Assembly (NCBI GenBank): GCA_000004695.1
Contig: CM000151.3
Coordinates: 4,768,001 to 4,832,000, forward strand
Length of the DNA stretch: 64,000 nucleotides
Direction of reading: 5' to 3'
From: Dictyostelium discoideum
Taxonomy: Eukaryota
The notes under the pieces: generated by a model
What the model saw: the letters and a program-made list of their open reading frames with translations, nothing else
Told to the model about the DNA's origin: nothing
Database searches by the model: none
Program-made: the position numbers and the translations under genes
Part shown: positions 46,061 to 55,276 of the stretch, one piece after another
Layout of the letters: every line of letters starts with the position of its first letter
Numbering within the stretch: the first letter of the stretch is position 1

Positions 46061-46729
46061 ATTTAATACATATGTTCACCTTGATCACAATAAAATTTTG
46101 AAAAAGAATTATTTCCTAAAAAAAAAAAAAAAGAATTATTAATTAGTAATCAATTTAAAAAAAAAAAAAAATAATAATAATAATGATAATAATAATAAAT
46201 AATTTTATTACCTAAATGGAAAACAGTATTATTTGTATAAAAATAATACCATTGAGGATTACCTAAACAATTTGGATCAGTAAATTGAGAATATTTATAT
46301 GCATATTCTGGCATACTTGTTGGATTTTCTTTAATTGTAACCAAAACATAATTATATGGTTGATAATACATGTAACCAATATCTGGAACTTTGTAACACT
46401 CATTAGGAAAAAAAAGTTACATCATCTTCTGAATTTGAATTTGAACATGTAATATCAGACCCTTTATATAACTGAAATGTTGCATTTGCATTATCTTTTC
46501 CAAGTGTTTTATAATTATTTAAAGTTGATGTAAAATCACCAATAGCAAAACATTCACCAACAACAAATGCATAACAAACTCCATTTTCACCTTTTGATAC
46601 CGTACATTCATAATCTTCGTATGGTGTCATCTCTACATAATAAACTGATTCAACAACCAATATTGTTGAAAAACAACAAATTATAATAAATAAACAAATA
46701 AAATAAATTAAATTATTATTATTAAACAT
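45752..46729 (-). CDS. Secreted Cys-containing protein, paralog 1 of a local two-member family. Multi-exon model: exon 1 from 46729, extra intron ~46105..46190, an 11-nt micro-exon CATCAGTATTG at ~45934..45944, last exon 45752..~45861. Carries a +1 frameshift in the T8 run at ~46384..46391
   Basis: The N-terminus 'MFNNNNLIYFICLFIIICCFSTILVVESVYYVEMTPYEDYECTVSKGENGVCYAFVVGECFAIG' is 70-80% identical to the gene at 48957..49847. The central part 'PNECYKVPDIGYMYYQPYNYVLVTIKENPTSMPEYAYKYSQFTDPNCLGNPQWYYFYTNNTVFHLG' is likewise 70-80% identical but sits in a shifted frame after 'SEDDVTFF'. The C-terminal exon reads 'YCEDYPTNCTTSPELMTCGRNVFVWHEDIYRTVSC*'. Confidence 0.5.
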
Positions 46730-47158
46730 TTTAAAAAACTAAATGTGAAAATAAAAAAAAAATAAAAAAAAAAAAAAACCAAAATAAACCTTATAAAAAA
46801 GTAAATTAATTATGAATAAAAATATAAAATATTAATTTTTTGAATATTTAGATCCTAATACTTTAATGACCCCATCTGATTTTGAGTCAATCTCTTGGTG
46901 ACATTGATCACATTTTTCGTATTTTGTTTTAGTTATGTTTTGAATACATGTTGCACACCATGGTTTACTTTCATATTGATAAAATTCATCTATTTTTTTT
47001 TTTAAAAAAAAAAAAAATTAGTTATCTTTATGAAAATCTTGACGTCATAAAACAAAATAAAATAAAATATCCAAAAATATCTTTTTTTTTTTTTTTTTTT
47101 TAAAAAATAATTTTAAAACTTTATAAAATATCTAAAAATATCTTTTTTTTTTTTTTTT

Positions 47159-48451
47159 TTAAAAAGTTAAAACACTATTTTTTAATCTTGATTTTTCAGA
47201 TTCAAATACTAATTTATGAGAAGCAAGAGTATCATCAGGACCAGATAAAATTTGAGTTGGATCATTTTCAGAGACTGCATAAATAAATGATCTCATGAGG
47301 TAATAATCTGAAGCACCATGATTTGACATTTTTGTATTTTGAATTATTTGTGGTTTAAAGATTTCTTTATCACCAAATCTAAAGTCATCATAGACGATGT
47401 CATAACCATTGTTACATTCTAATTGACCCATTGAACCAAAGATTCTAATTTTACGTACACACATACTCTCTGTGAATGCAACCATACTAAAAGAGGAGAG
47501 AGCACCACCTTCAAATTCTAAATTCACAACTTGCTGATCGACTACGTCATTATCACTCTCATAGACACATCTACCATAGGGACCGTTTTCAATTGCCAAT
47601 TTAACATTCTCTTTTGTTGGCTCTCTATCTGGTACTAGTACATCCCTTTTCCAAGGATAATGCTCTAAATAAATCTTTTGAGCACTGTATGGACACGTTT
47701 TGCTAATTGCGCATTCTACACATCTCTTTGCACTACCAGCATTGGTAGGTTTTTTCTCCTTTTTAAAGTATGTCAAGCTACCAAATGACGATACTTTCTT
47801 GCACTTTTTTCCGCCCATAAAATAATGAATCAAGTCAAGATCATGACACGACTTTGCCAATAGCATGAATGTCGAGGTTGAGAGTTTTCTCCAATTGCCT
47901 CTGACATAGGAATGGGCGTGGTGGTAGTACCCCACAGGCTCCAAATGCTGGATGTTTAGCACCTCCCCTATCAATCCACTGTCTATCAATTGCTTGATTT
48001 TAATATTAACCGGTGAGTATCTCAATACGTGGCAAACAGATAACATGACATTGTTGGCTTTGCAAGCTGATGTAATTCTCTCACAATCTTTTTCAGTGAT
48101 AGCTAATGGTTTCTCTACTAATAAATGATACTTTTTATTAGCAAATGCAATTGCAGGCTCACAATGTAATTGGTCGGGTGTTGCTATTAACACTGCATCT
48201 GCGAATTTATCCATTGATATTATGTCTTTCCAATTTTCAAATATCATATCACTTGATAATCCAAATTCATTACCAAGTGTATCTCTTCTAAATTTAATTG
48301 GATCACATACTGCAACAATCTTTAATCTATTTGGTCTTTCAATTGAATATCTACTATAAACATATCCTCTTTGACCACACCCAATTATTATTAATTTTAC
48401 AATTTTATTATTATCAAATTTCTTTTCTTCATTTTCAATATTATCTTCCAT
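47159..48451 (-). CDS. Gfo/Idh/MocA-family NAD(P)-dependent oxidoreductase, 430 aa, single exon
   Basis: N-terminal Rossmann 'KLIIIGCGQRGYVYSRYSIERPNRLKIVAVCDP' and 'AVLIATPDQLHCEPAIAFANKKYHLLVEKPLAITEKDCERI' (the conserved EKP motif) are present. The C-terminal alpha/beta domain is typical of the family. Confidence 0.8.
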   Translation of the reverse strand: MEDNIENEEKKFDNNKIVKLIIIGCGQRGYVYSRYSIERPNRLKIVAVCDPIKFRRDTLGNEFGLSSDMIFENWKDIISMDKFADAVLIATPDQLHCEPAIAFANKKYHLLVEKPLAITEKDCERITSACKANNVMLSVCHVLRYSPVNIKIKQLIDSGLIGEVLNIQHLEPVGYYHHAHSYVRGNWRKLSTSTFMLLAKSCHDLDLIHYFMGGKKCKKVSSFGSLTYFKKEKKPTNAGSAKRCVECAISKTCPYSAQKIYLEHYPWKRDVLVPDREPTKENVKLAIENGPYGRCVYESDNDVVDQQVVNLEFEGGALSSFSMVAFTESMCVRKIRIFGSMGQLECNNGYDIVYDDFRFGDKEIFKPQIIQNTKMSNHGASDYYLMRSFIYAVSENDPTQILSGPDDTLASHKLVFESEKSRLKNSVLTF

Positions 48452-48956
48452 TTTTTTTAATAACTATACTTTTTTTATATATAAATAATTATTAGATGTA
48501 GTGGTAAAAAATTAAAGAAAATAAAAAAAAAAAAAAAAAATTAATTAAAAAAAAAAAAAAAAAAAAAAATTAAAAAAAAAAAATTCAGAGAACGTTCAAA
48601 TAAAAACATTTAAACTTTAATGGGATAAATGAAATAATAAAAAAAAAAATAAAAAAAAGGTATAAAAAAAGGTATTAAAAAAAAAAAAGGTAGCTGTTTA
48701 ATTTAAATTTTTTATTTTGTCAAATCATTTTTGTTTTAAGAATGAATAAATAAAAAAAAAAAAAATATTAAAATATTGAAAAAAAAAAAAAAAAAATCAG
48801 CTCAATTATTTTTTTTTATTTGGAATATATTTTAAATAAAATAATCAAGATTTAACTCTTTTTTTTTTTCATTTATAAATTAAAATTATTTTTCATTTTT
48901 TTATTTTTTTTTTTTTTTTTTGGTTTGTATAAAAAAAAAAAAAATATTAATTATAT

Positions 48957-49847
48957 TTAACATGAATCTAAATAGTAAATGGGTTCTTTCCATGCCCATG
49001 CATTACGACTACATGGTCTGTATATATCTGTAGATGTGCAATTACTTGATGAACCTTCACAATACTATTTATAAAAAAAATATATAAAAATATTAGAATA
49101 ATTTTAAAAAACTAGTTTTCCTGTTTTTTTTTTTTTTTTTTTTTTTTTAAACTTACCAATTCGTATGCTAATTTTTATTTATATTATATTTGAATGAAAC
49201 AAATAAAATTTAATTTTATTAGGATCTATAATTTTAATATTTTATAATTTTTTTTTTTAAAAAAAAAAGGTTAAAATATACTTACGTTCACCTTCATCAC
49301 AATAAAATTTACTGAAATCATTATTACCATAATGGAATGTTGTACCATTTGTATAGAAAAAGTACCATTGGGGATTGGTAGCACAATTGGAATCACTATA
49401 TTGTGTGAATTTAAAAGCATACTGTGGCATGCTTGTTGGATTTTCTACAATTGAAACTAAAACATAATTATATATATTTGGATACATATTATTGTCAGCG
49501 TAATTTGGTGCATTATAACAACTTCCTGATTGATAAGTAACATCATTTACTGGATTAGCTTGTGAACATGTTGAATCTGAATTTTGATATTGATGAAATG
49601 TTGCTGTATTATTACCAACACCGCTAAGTGAAATCACATAATTATTAATTATTGGCGCAAAACTACCAACAGCAAAACATTCACCAACAACAAATGCATA
49701 ACCAACTCCACTTTCACCTTTTGAAACTGTACATGCATCATCTTCATATGGTGTCATCTCTACATAATAAACTGACTCAACAACCAATATTGTCGATCCG
49801 ATTAATAACAATAAACTTAAAAAATAAATAATATTTTCAAATTTCAT
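48957..49847 (-). CDS. Secreted Cys-containing protein, paralog 2 (intact). Model: exon 1 49847..~49300, 11-nt micro-exon CATACGAATTG at ~49155..49165, last exon 48957..~49066
   Basis: Signal peptide 'MKFENIIYFLSLLLLIGSTILVV' is followed by 'ESVYYVEMTPYEDDACTVSKGESGVGYAFVVGECFAVG...NPQWYFFYTNGTTFHYGNNDFSKFYCDEG' and, after two GTAAGT introns, 'YCEGSSSNCTSTDIYRPCSRNAWAWKEPIYYLDSC*'. I do not recognise the family. Confidence 0.55.
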
Positions 49848-50449
49848 TTTTTTTTTTTTTTTAATTTTTTTTTTTTATTATTATAATTAATTTGAATTTA
49901 TTTTTATATAAAATGATCAATAATAAAAAAAATTAAAAAAAATTTTAAAAATAAAAAACTAAACAAAAAAAAAAAAAAAATTAAAAAAAATCATTTTTTT
50001 AAGATATTTTGGATAATTCAATTATAAAAAAATAAAATATCTTTTTTTTTTTATTGGAGAAATAATAAGAAAAATCTTTTTTAACACATCACCAATTCTA
50101 TTTTTTTTAGGTGACACCTTTCTTGAAATAAAAAAATAAAAATCCAAAATAAAAAATTCTAATAAAATTTAAAAAAAAAAATAAAAAAAAAAGATTATTT
50201 ATAGGTATATAAAATTTAATACAATGAAAACCTTATTTTAATTAATTTTTTGGGTGTTTAATAAATAAAAAATAATAAAATCTGTGTGTGTTTTTTTTTT
50301 TTTTTTTTTTTTTGTAAAGTGGGTCTTTATTTTTATTTTTATTTTTGTTTTTTATTTTTTATTTTTTATTTTTTATTTTTTATTCATCAAAAAAAAAAAA
50401 AAAAATACCACTTAATAAAAAAAGCTTATAATCAAAAATAAAAAAAAAA

Positions 50450-51598
50450 ATGATTAGTGCAAATATAAAAATTATAGTTTATGGAGGTAAATCTGGTTGG
50501 ATTGGTCAAAAAATTATAGAGTTATTAAAATTAAATGATAATATTGAATATCATATAAGTGACTGTAGACTTGAAAATAGAGAATCAATTTTAACTGAAT
50601 TAGATAAAATTAAACCAACATCAGTAATAAACTGTGCAGGTGTAACTGGAAGACCAAATGTAGACTGGTGTGAAGATAATTAACAAGAAACAATAAGGTA
50701 AAAAAAAAAATATTAAAAATAATTAATTAAATTAGGCAATTTATTTCTTTTTTTTTTTTAAATGAAATAATTTTTTATAATATTTCAAAAACTACTATTT
50801 AAAAATAAAAAGTTACCAAATTTTATTAATTTGTATTTTCTATATAAATTTATTTAAAAGAAAAAAAAAGAAAACTAATTTAATTTTTTTTTTTATTTAT
50901 TTTTTTTTTTTATTTTATTTTTTTTTTTTTTTTATTAATAATTTTTTATTTTTTATTTCATTTTATTTAGATCAAATGTAATTGGTACTTTAAATTTAAT
51001 TGATTGTTGTTATTTAAGATCAATTCATATAACAAATTTTGCAACTGGATGTATTTATAAATATGATGAAAATCATCCAATGTATTCTGGTATTGGATTT
51101 AAAGAAGAGGAAGAATTTAATTATTTCGAATCACATTATAGTGTAACAAAACAAATGGTTGAAAAATTAACAAAACATTATGAAAGTAATACATTAACAT
51201 TAAGATTAAGAATGCCAATATCAGAGAATTTAAATGAACCAAGAAATTTCATTACAAAGATAATAAATTATGAAAGAGTTGTAAATATTCCAAATAGTTG
51301 TACAGTTTTACCAGACCTATTACCAATAGCAATTGATATGTCAATTAAACAAATTAAAGGTGTTTATAATTTCGTTAATCCTGGTGTAATTTCACATAAT
51401 GAAATATTAGATCTTTATACATTATTAATTAATCCAAATTTTAAGTATCAAAATTTCACTGAAATTGAACAATCAAAAATTTTAAAATGTGGTAGATCAA
51501 ATAATCATTTAGATACAACAAAACTTGAATCATTATATCCAACAATACCAAATATTAAAAAATCAATTGAAAATATTTTTTTAAATTCAAAAAAATAA
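50450..51598 (+). CDS. NRS/ER-like NAD(P)-dependent epimerase/reductase (UDP-4-keto-6-deoxyglucose 3,5-epimerase/4-reductase, RmlD-like; UDP-rhamnose pathway), ~291 codons. Model: join(50450..50697,50971..51598) with a phase-2 intron (AG|GTAAAA...TTATTTAG|A). Contains an in-frame TAA at 50681..50683
   Basis: Near-colinear match to Arabidopsis NRS/ER: 'KIIVYGGKSGWIGQKIIELL' vs 'KFLIYGRTGWIGGLLGKLC'; 'INCAGVTGRPNVDWCEDN*QETIRSNVIGTLNLIDCC' vs 'FNAAGLTGRPNVDWCESHKTETIRVNVAGTLTLADVC'; 'NFATGCIYKYDENHPMYSGIGFKEEEEFNYFESHYSVTKQMVEKL...LRLRMPISENLNEPRNFITKIINYERVVNIPNSCTVLPDLLPIAIDMS...GVYNFVNPGVISHNEILDLY' vs 'NFATGCIFEYDAAHPEGSGIGFKEEDKPNFTGSFYSKTKAMVEELL...LRVRMPISSDLNNPRNFITKISRYNKVVDIPNSMTVLDELLPISIEMA...GIWNFTNPGVVSHNEILEMY'. 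The stop sits where the homolog has Lys (AAA). Confidence 0.75.
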
Positions 51599-51659
51599 AT
51601 TATTTATTATTTTTTATTATTTTTTTTTTAATTATTTAATTATTTTATTTAGTTTTTTT

Positions 51660-54302
51660 TTAAAATTGATATTTCCATTTTAATGGTACTAAATTAAAAG
51701 AAATATTTGTAATTGATAAATTTGTTTTTAATGAACGTTCAAAAACTTCTTTTGAACGATAAGTTAATTTATTAAAACTAAGATCTAAAACTTGAATATG
51801 AGTATTTGTAGCTAATGATTCAGCAAAGATTATACCAACTTTATCATTTATTTCATTTTCATTCATATTTAAACGAATTAAATGAGTACCATCATTTGCT
51901 AATAATGAAGCAATTGGTAAACTACCTTTATCACCTAAAGAAGTATAAGAGAGTTCTAAATGAATTAATGATCTATTTACTTTTAATGAATCTGCAATTA
52001 ATTGACCAAATTGAGGTGATAACTTGTTTTGACTCATATTTAAAAGTTTTAAAGTTTTATTATTTGATAAAGCCTCTGCGATATATTTGGCACCAGCATA
52101 GTCGATTTGATTACCAGAGATATCCAACGATTTCAATGAACAAGTTGAAGAATTTAATGCACGAGCAATACCCTCTGCAAAACCATTACCTAAACTATTG
52201 GTTGATAGAGATAGGGCAGTAATAGTTTTATTATTCGATAAAGCATCGGCTAATTCCCAACCACCTGAAGTATCGAAAATTCTATTATCGGAAAGATTTA
52301 ATCTTGTAATTGTACTATTAACTTCCAATGCTCTCGCAATCGATATTAAACTTACACCCAATTTATTAGATTTAAAATTAATGTCCACTAATGTAGAAGT
52401 TTTCTTTGAGAGTGTTTTTGAAATCTCTGATGCACTTGCACTTTCTAATTGACAATTTGATAAATTCAATTCATTCAATACGGTGGTGGTTGATTTACCT
52501 AATGATTCGAAAAATACAGCACCCGATTGATCATCGATATGATCCAAATGAACCGATTTCAAAGTACTATTATGAGCCAATGAATTACCAAGCATAATTG
52601 CAGTTTGACCATTGATATAATTTAAACGTAAATAAAGTCTCTCCAATTTATTATTGGTTTTCATTGCTCTTGCCAATGCAATACCACCCTCTGGTGCAAT
52701 ATGATTGTAAAAGAAATCAATGGTTTTCAAACTTGTCTTATTGGTTGACATAAGTTGTGCCAATTTTATAGCTGTTGCATTACCAAGTTTATTACCACGA
52801 AAATCTATCGATTCAATAGTAGTATTCTCTGATAGTGCATTTATAACTGCATCTATTGAATCATCATCTAAATTACCATGACGAAATGATAAATGAGTAA
52901 TGGAAGTATTAATTCTCAATGCATTACCAATTGCCATGAAATTCTCTGGCGAGATCCATTTTTGATAGAATCTAAAATAAGTCATCGAATTTGCAACCTC
53001 AAAGAATTGGGTGAATAAATTTTTACTAAATGAATTTGATAAGATCGGTTTAGTGGTAGCTTTCATGAATTTCTCAGGTACACGATCTGGCATTGTATGT
53101 TTTACAACATTCATAAATTTTTGAAATGTTGATGATTTATCAATATGCATTGCAACATAGTAAAATTTAAATTTCTTACCACCCTCAATTAAACCTTGTG
53201 TTGTCAATTGAATTAATGAACGTAAATGTTTTGGTGATTTAACAGTGAAATAAGTGAATACTTGTGGAGCTAATTTACATCCCCATAATTTACAAACTAA
53301 ACAAATTGTTTCCAATTCTAAATTTGGATTCTTTTTAACTATTATACCATTGCCACTATTACTACCACTATTATTTAAACTATTTAATAATGATGATCCC
53401 AATGGTGAACCACCATCAGAACCTGATGAACCACCTGACATACTTAATTGACCATTGTTGTTGCTTCCGTTATTGGATGCACTTTCACCCTCTGGTGAAC
53501 CACTAAATCTTATCTCTGATTTCTCTAAATCAACTTTATTCTCTATTAAATAATATAAAATCTTTGTTATAACTGTATGTGGTAAATTATTTATATTCAA
53601 TTTATCTGTAGATTTAAAAAATGTTTTACTTAATGATTTCTTTAATTGACCATGTTTTGATTCTTTATTCTCTTTTTCTTTTTTACTTGATCCCAAACTT
53701 GTTGTAATTGTACTTGTTTCATCATCTTCATTAAAATCAACTGCTTTATTTAATTCTACATTTTTATGACGTCTAATATGATGATGTCTATGTTCTTTAT
53801 CTTTATGTTCTTTATCTTTATGTTCTTTATCTTTATCCTTATGTTCTTTATCTTTATCTTTATGTTCTTTATCTTTATGCTTATGTTCTTTATCTTTATG
53901 TTCTTTGTGTTCTTTATCTTTATGTTCTTTATGTTCTTTATGTTCTTTATGTTCTTTATGTTCTTTATGATCATCATTATCATTGGTAGTTGTATCTTCA
54001 AAATCTGATGAATCAGGACTAAGAGTAAGTTCACCTAATCCATCTGGTAAATTTTTATTTTTTTTACTACTTTTCTTTTTATTTGGTGAATGAAATGCTG
54101 ATGCTATGAATGCTAATGGTGATGATGGTCTTCTAGGTTTAGTTTGTGGTGGTGATTTATGAAGTTTTGTATTGTTTATTGTTGATAACTCTTCGGCATT
54201 ATTATCAAACGATGATGATAATCCACCACCTTTTGGTGGGGAATTTTGTGGTATTAATTCTATACTATCCACTAATATTTTTGGTGGTGGTAATTCACTC
54301 AT
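51660..54302 (-). CDS. Leucine-rich-repeat protein (ribonuclease-inhibitor-type LRRs) with an N-terminal His/Lys/Glu/Asp repeat and a possible F-box-like motif; 880 aa, single exon
   Basis: The C-terminal ~520 aa contain about 16 repeats of the RNI-type 28-29-aa LRR (e.g. 'LNLSDNRIFDTSGGWELADALSNNKTITALSLSTNSLGNGFAEGIARALNSSTCSLKSLDISGNQIDYAGAKYIAEAL'). The N-terminal low-complexity block is '(HKE)4HKDKEHKEHKDKEHKHKDKEHKDKDKEHK...'. 'LPHTVITKILYYLIENKVDL' fits an F-box consensus weakly. Confidence 0.75.
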   Translation of the reverse strand: MSELPPPKILVDSIELIPQNSPPKGGGLSSSFDNNAEELSTINNTKLHKSPPQTKPRRPSSPLAFIASAFHSPNKKKSSKKNKNLPDGLGELTLSPDSSDFEDTTTNDNDDHKEHKEHKEHKEHKEHKDKEHKEHKDKEHKHKDKEHKDKDKEHKDKDKEHKDKEHKDKEHRHHHIRRHKNVELNKAVDFNEDDETSTITTSLGSSKKEKENKESKHGQLKKSLSKTFFKSTDKLNINNLPHTVITKILYYLIENKVDLEKSEIRFSGSPEGESASNNGSNNNGQLSMSGGSSGSDGGSPLGSSLLNSLNNSGSNSGNGIIVKKNPNLELETICLVCKLWGCKLAPQVFTYFTVKSPKHLRSLIQLTTQGLIEGGKKFKFYYVAMHIDKSSTFQKFMNVVKHTMPDRVPEKFMKATTKPILSNSFSKNLFTQFFEVANSMTYFRFYQKWISPENFMAIGNALRINTSITHLSFRHGNLDDDSIDAVINALSENTTIESIDFRGNKLGNATAIKLAQLMSTNKTSLKTIDFFYNHIAPEGGIALARAMKTNNKLERLYLRLNYINGQTAIMLGNSLAHNSTLKSVHLDHIDDQSGAVFFESLGKSTTTVLNELNLSNCQLESASASEISKTLSKKTSTLVDINFKSNKLGVSLISIARALEVNSTITRLNLSDNRIFDTSGGWELADALSNNKTITALSLSTNSLGNGFAEGIARALNSSTCSLKSLDISGNQIDYAGAKYIAEALSNNKTLKLLNMSQNKLSPQFGQLIADSLKVNRSLIHLELSYTSLGDKGSLPIASLLANDGTHLIRLNMNENEINDKVGIIFAESLATNTHIQVLDLSFNKLTYRSKEVFERSLKTNLSITNISFNLVPLKWKYQF

Positions 54303-55245
54303 TTTTTAATTTTATTTATATATTTATATACAGGTTTTATTTTTAATTTTATTATTTATTTATTTATTTATTATTGAATATAAAAATATTTTTTTATTAT
54401 TATTTTTTATTTTAATTTTTTTTTTTTTTTAATTATTTATTGGAAAAAAAAGAAAAAATAATAAAACTAATTAAAGTAAAATGTATATGTTTTATACAAA
54501 AATAGTATTATAAATAATTTTTTATAAAAAGAAATGCAAATTTGGTATGACAACGACTGACAGATTTTTTTTTTTTTAAGTGTTTAATTTATGAAAAAAA
54601 GAAAATTAAAAAAAAATGAAATAAAATTAAAAAAAAAAATTAAAAAATTAAAAATAGGTTACAATTTTTTTTTTTTTTTTTTTTTTTTTATTATTTTATT
54701 TTAAATTATTATTATTATAATTATTCTACTTTCTTTATTTTATTTTTTTTTTTTTTTTTTATTATTTTATTTTTTTTTTTTTTATTTTTTTTTTTTTTAA
54801 TGACTTTTAAAGTGATTAGTGGTGAACTGTTTGGAATGAAAATAAAAATAAAATTTTTTGGCAAAGGTTGGATTAAAAAAAAAAAAAAAATAAAAATAAA
54901 AAAAAAAAAAAAAAATAAAAATAAAAATAAAAATTAAATATTTTTTTTGATTATTAGAACCACCAAAACGAAGTGTCTTTTTTTTATGAAAATAAAAAAA
55001 TCAGCTTACGAAAATTTTCAAGATCACAATGCAAATATTTGATATATAACTTTTATTTTATTTAAAAATTTTATAATTGTTTATAATTATTATTTTTTAA
55101 ATTATATTTTCTAACCCTCAAAAACTCATAGTAATCAAATTATCTCAATTCTTAAACAAAAAAAATAAAAAAATAAAAATAATACTTTTAATTAAACCTT
55201 ATTATCAGACTTTCTCACTCATAATATCAAAATAAAAAAAAAAAT

Positions 55246-55276
<31 letters not shown>

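Noticed and set aside
51815-53451. Several 60-135-aa plus-strand ORFs inside the LRR gene, and 53766..54008 poly-F/M
   Set aside because: They are antisense of a continuous 880-aa LRR ORF. The poly-F/M ORF is the antisense of the (HKE)n repeat.
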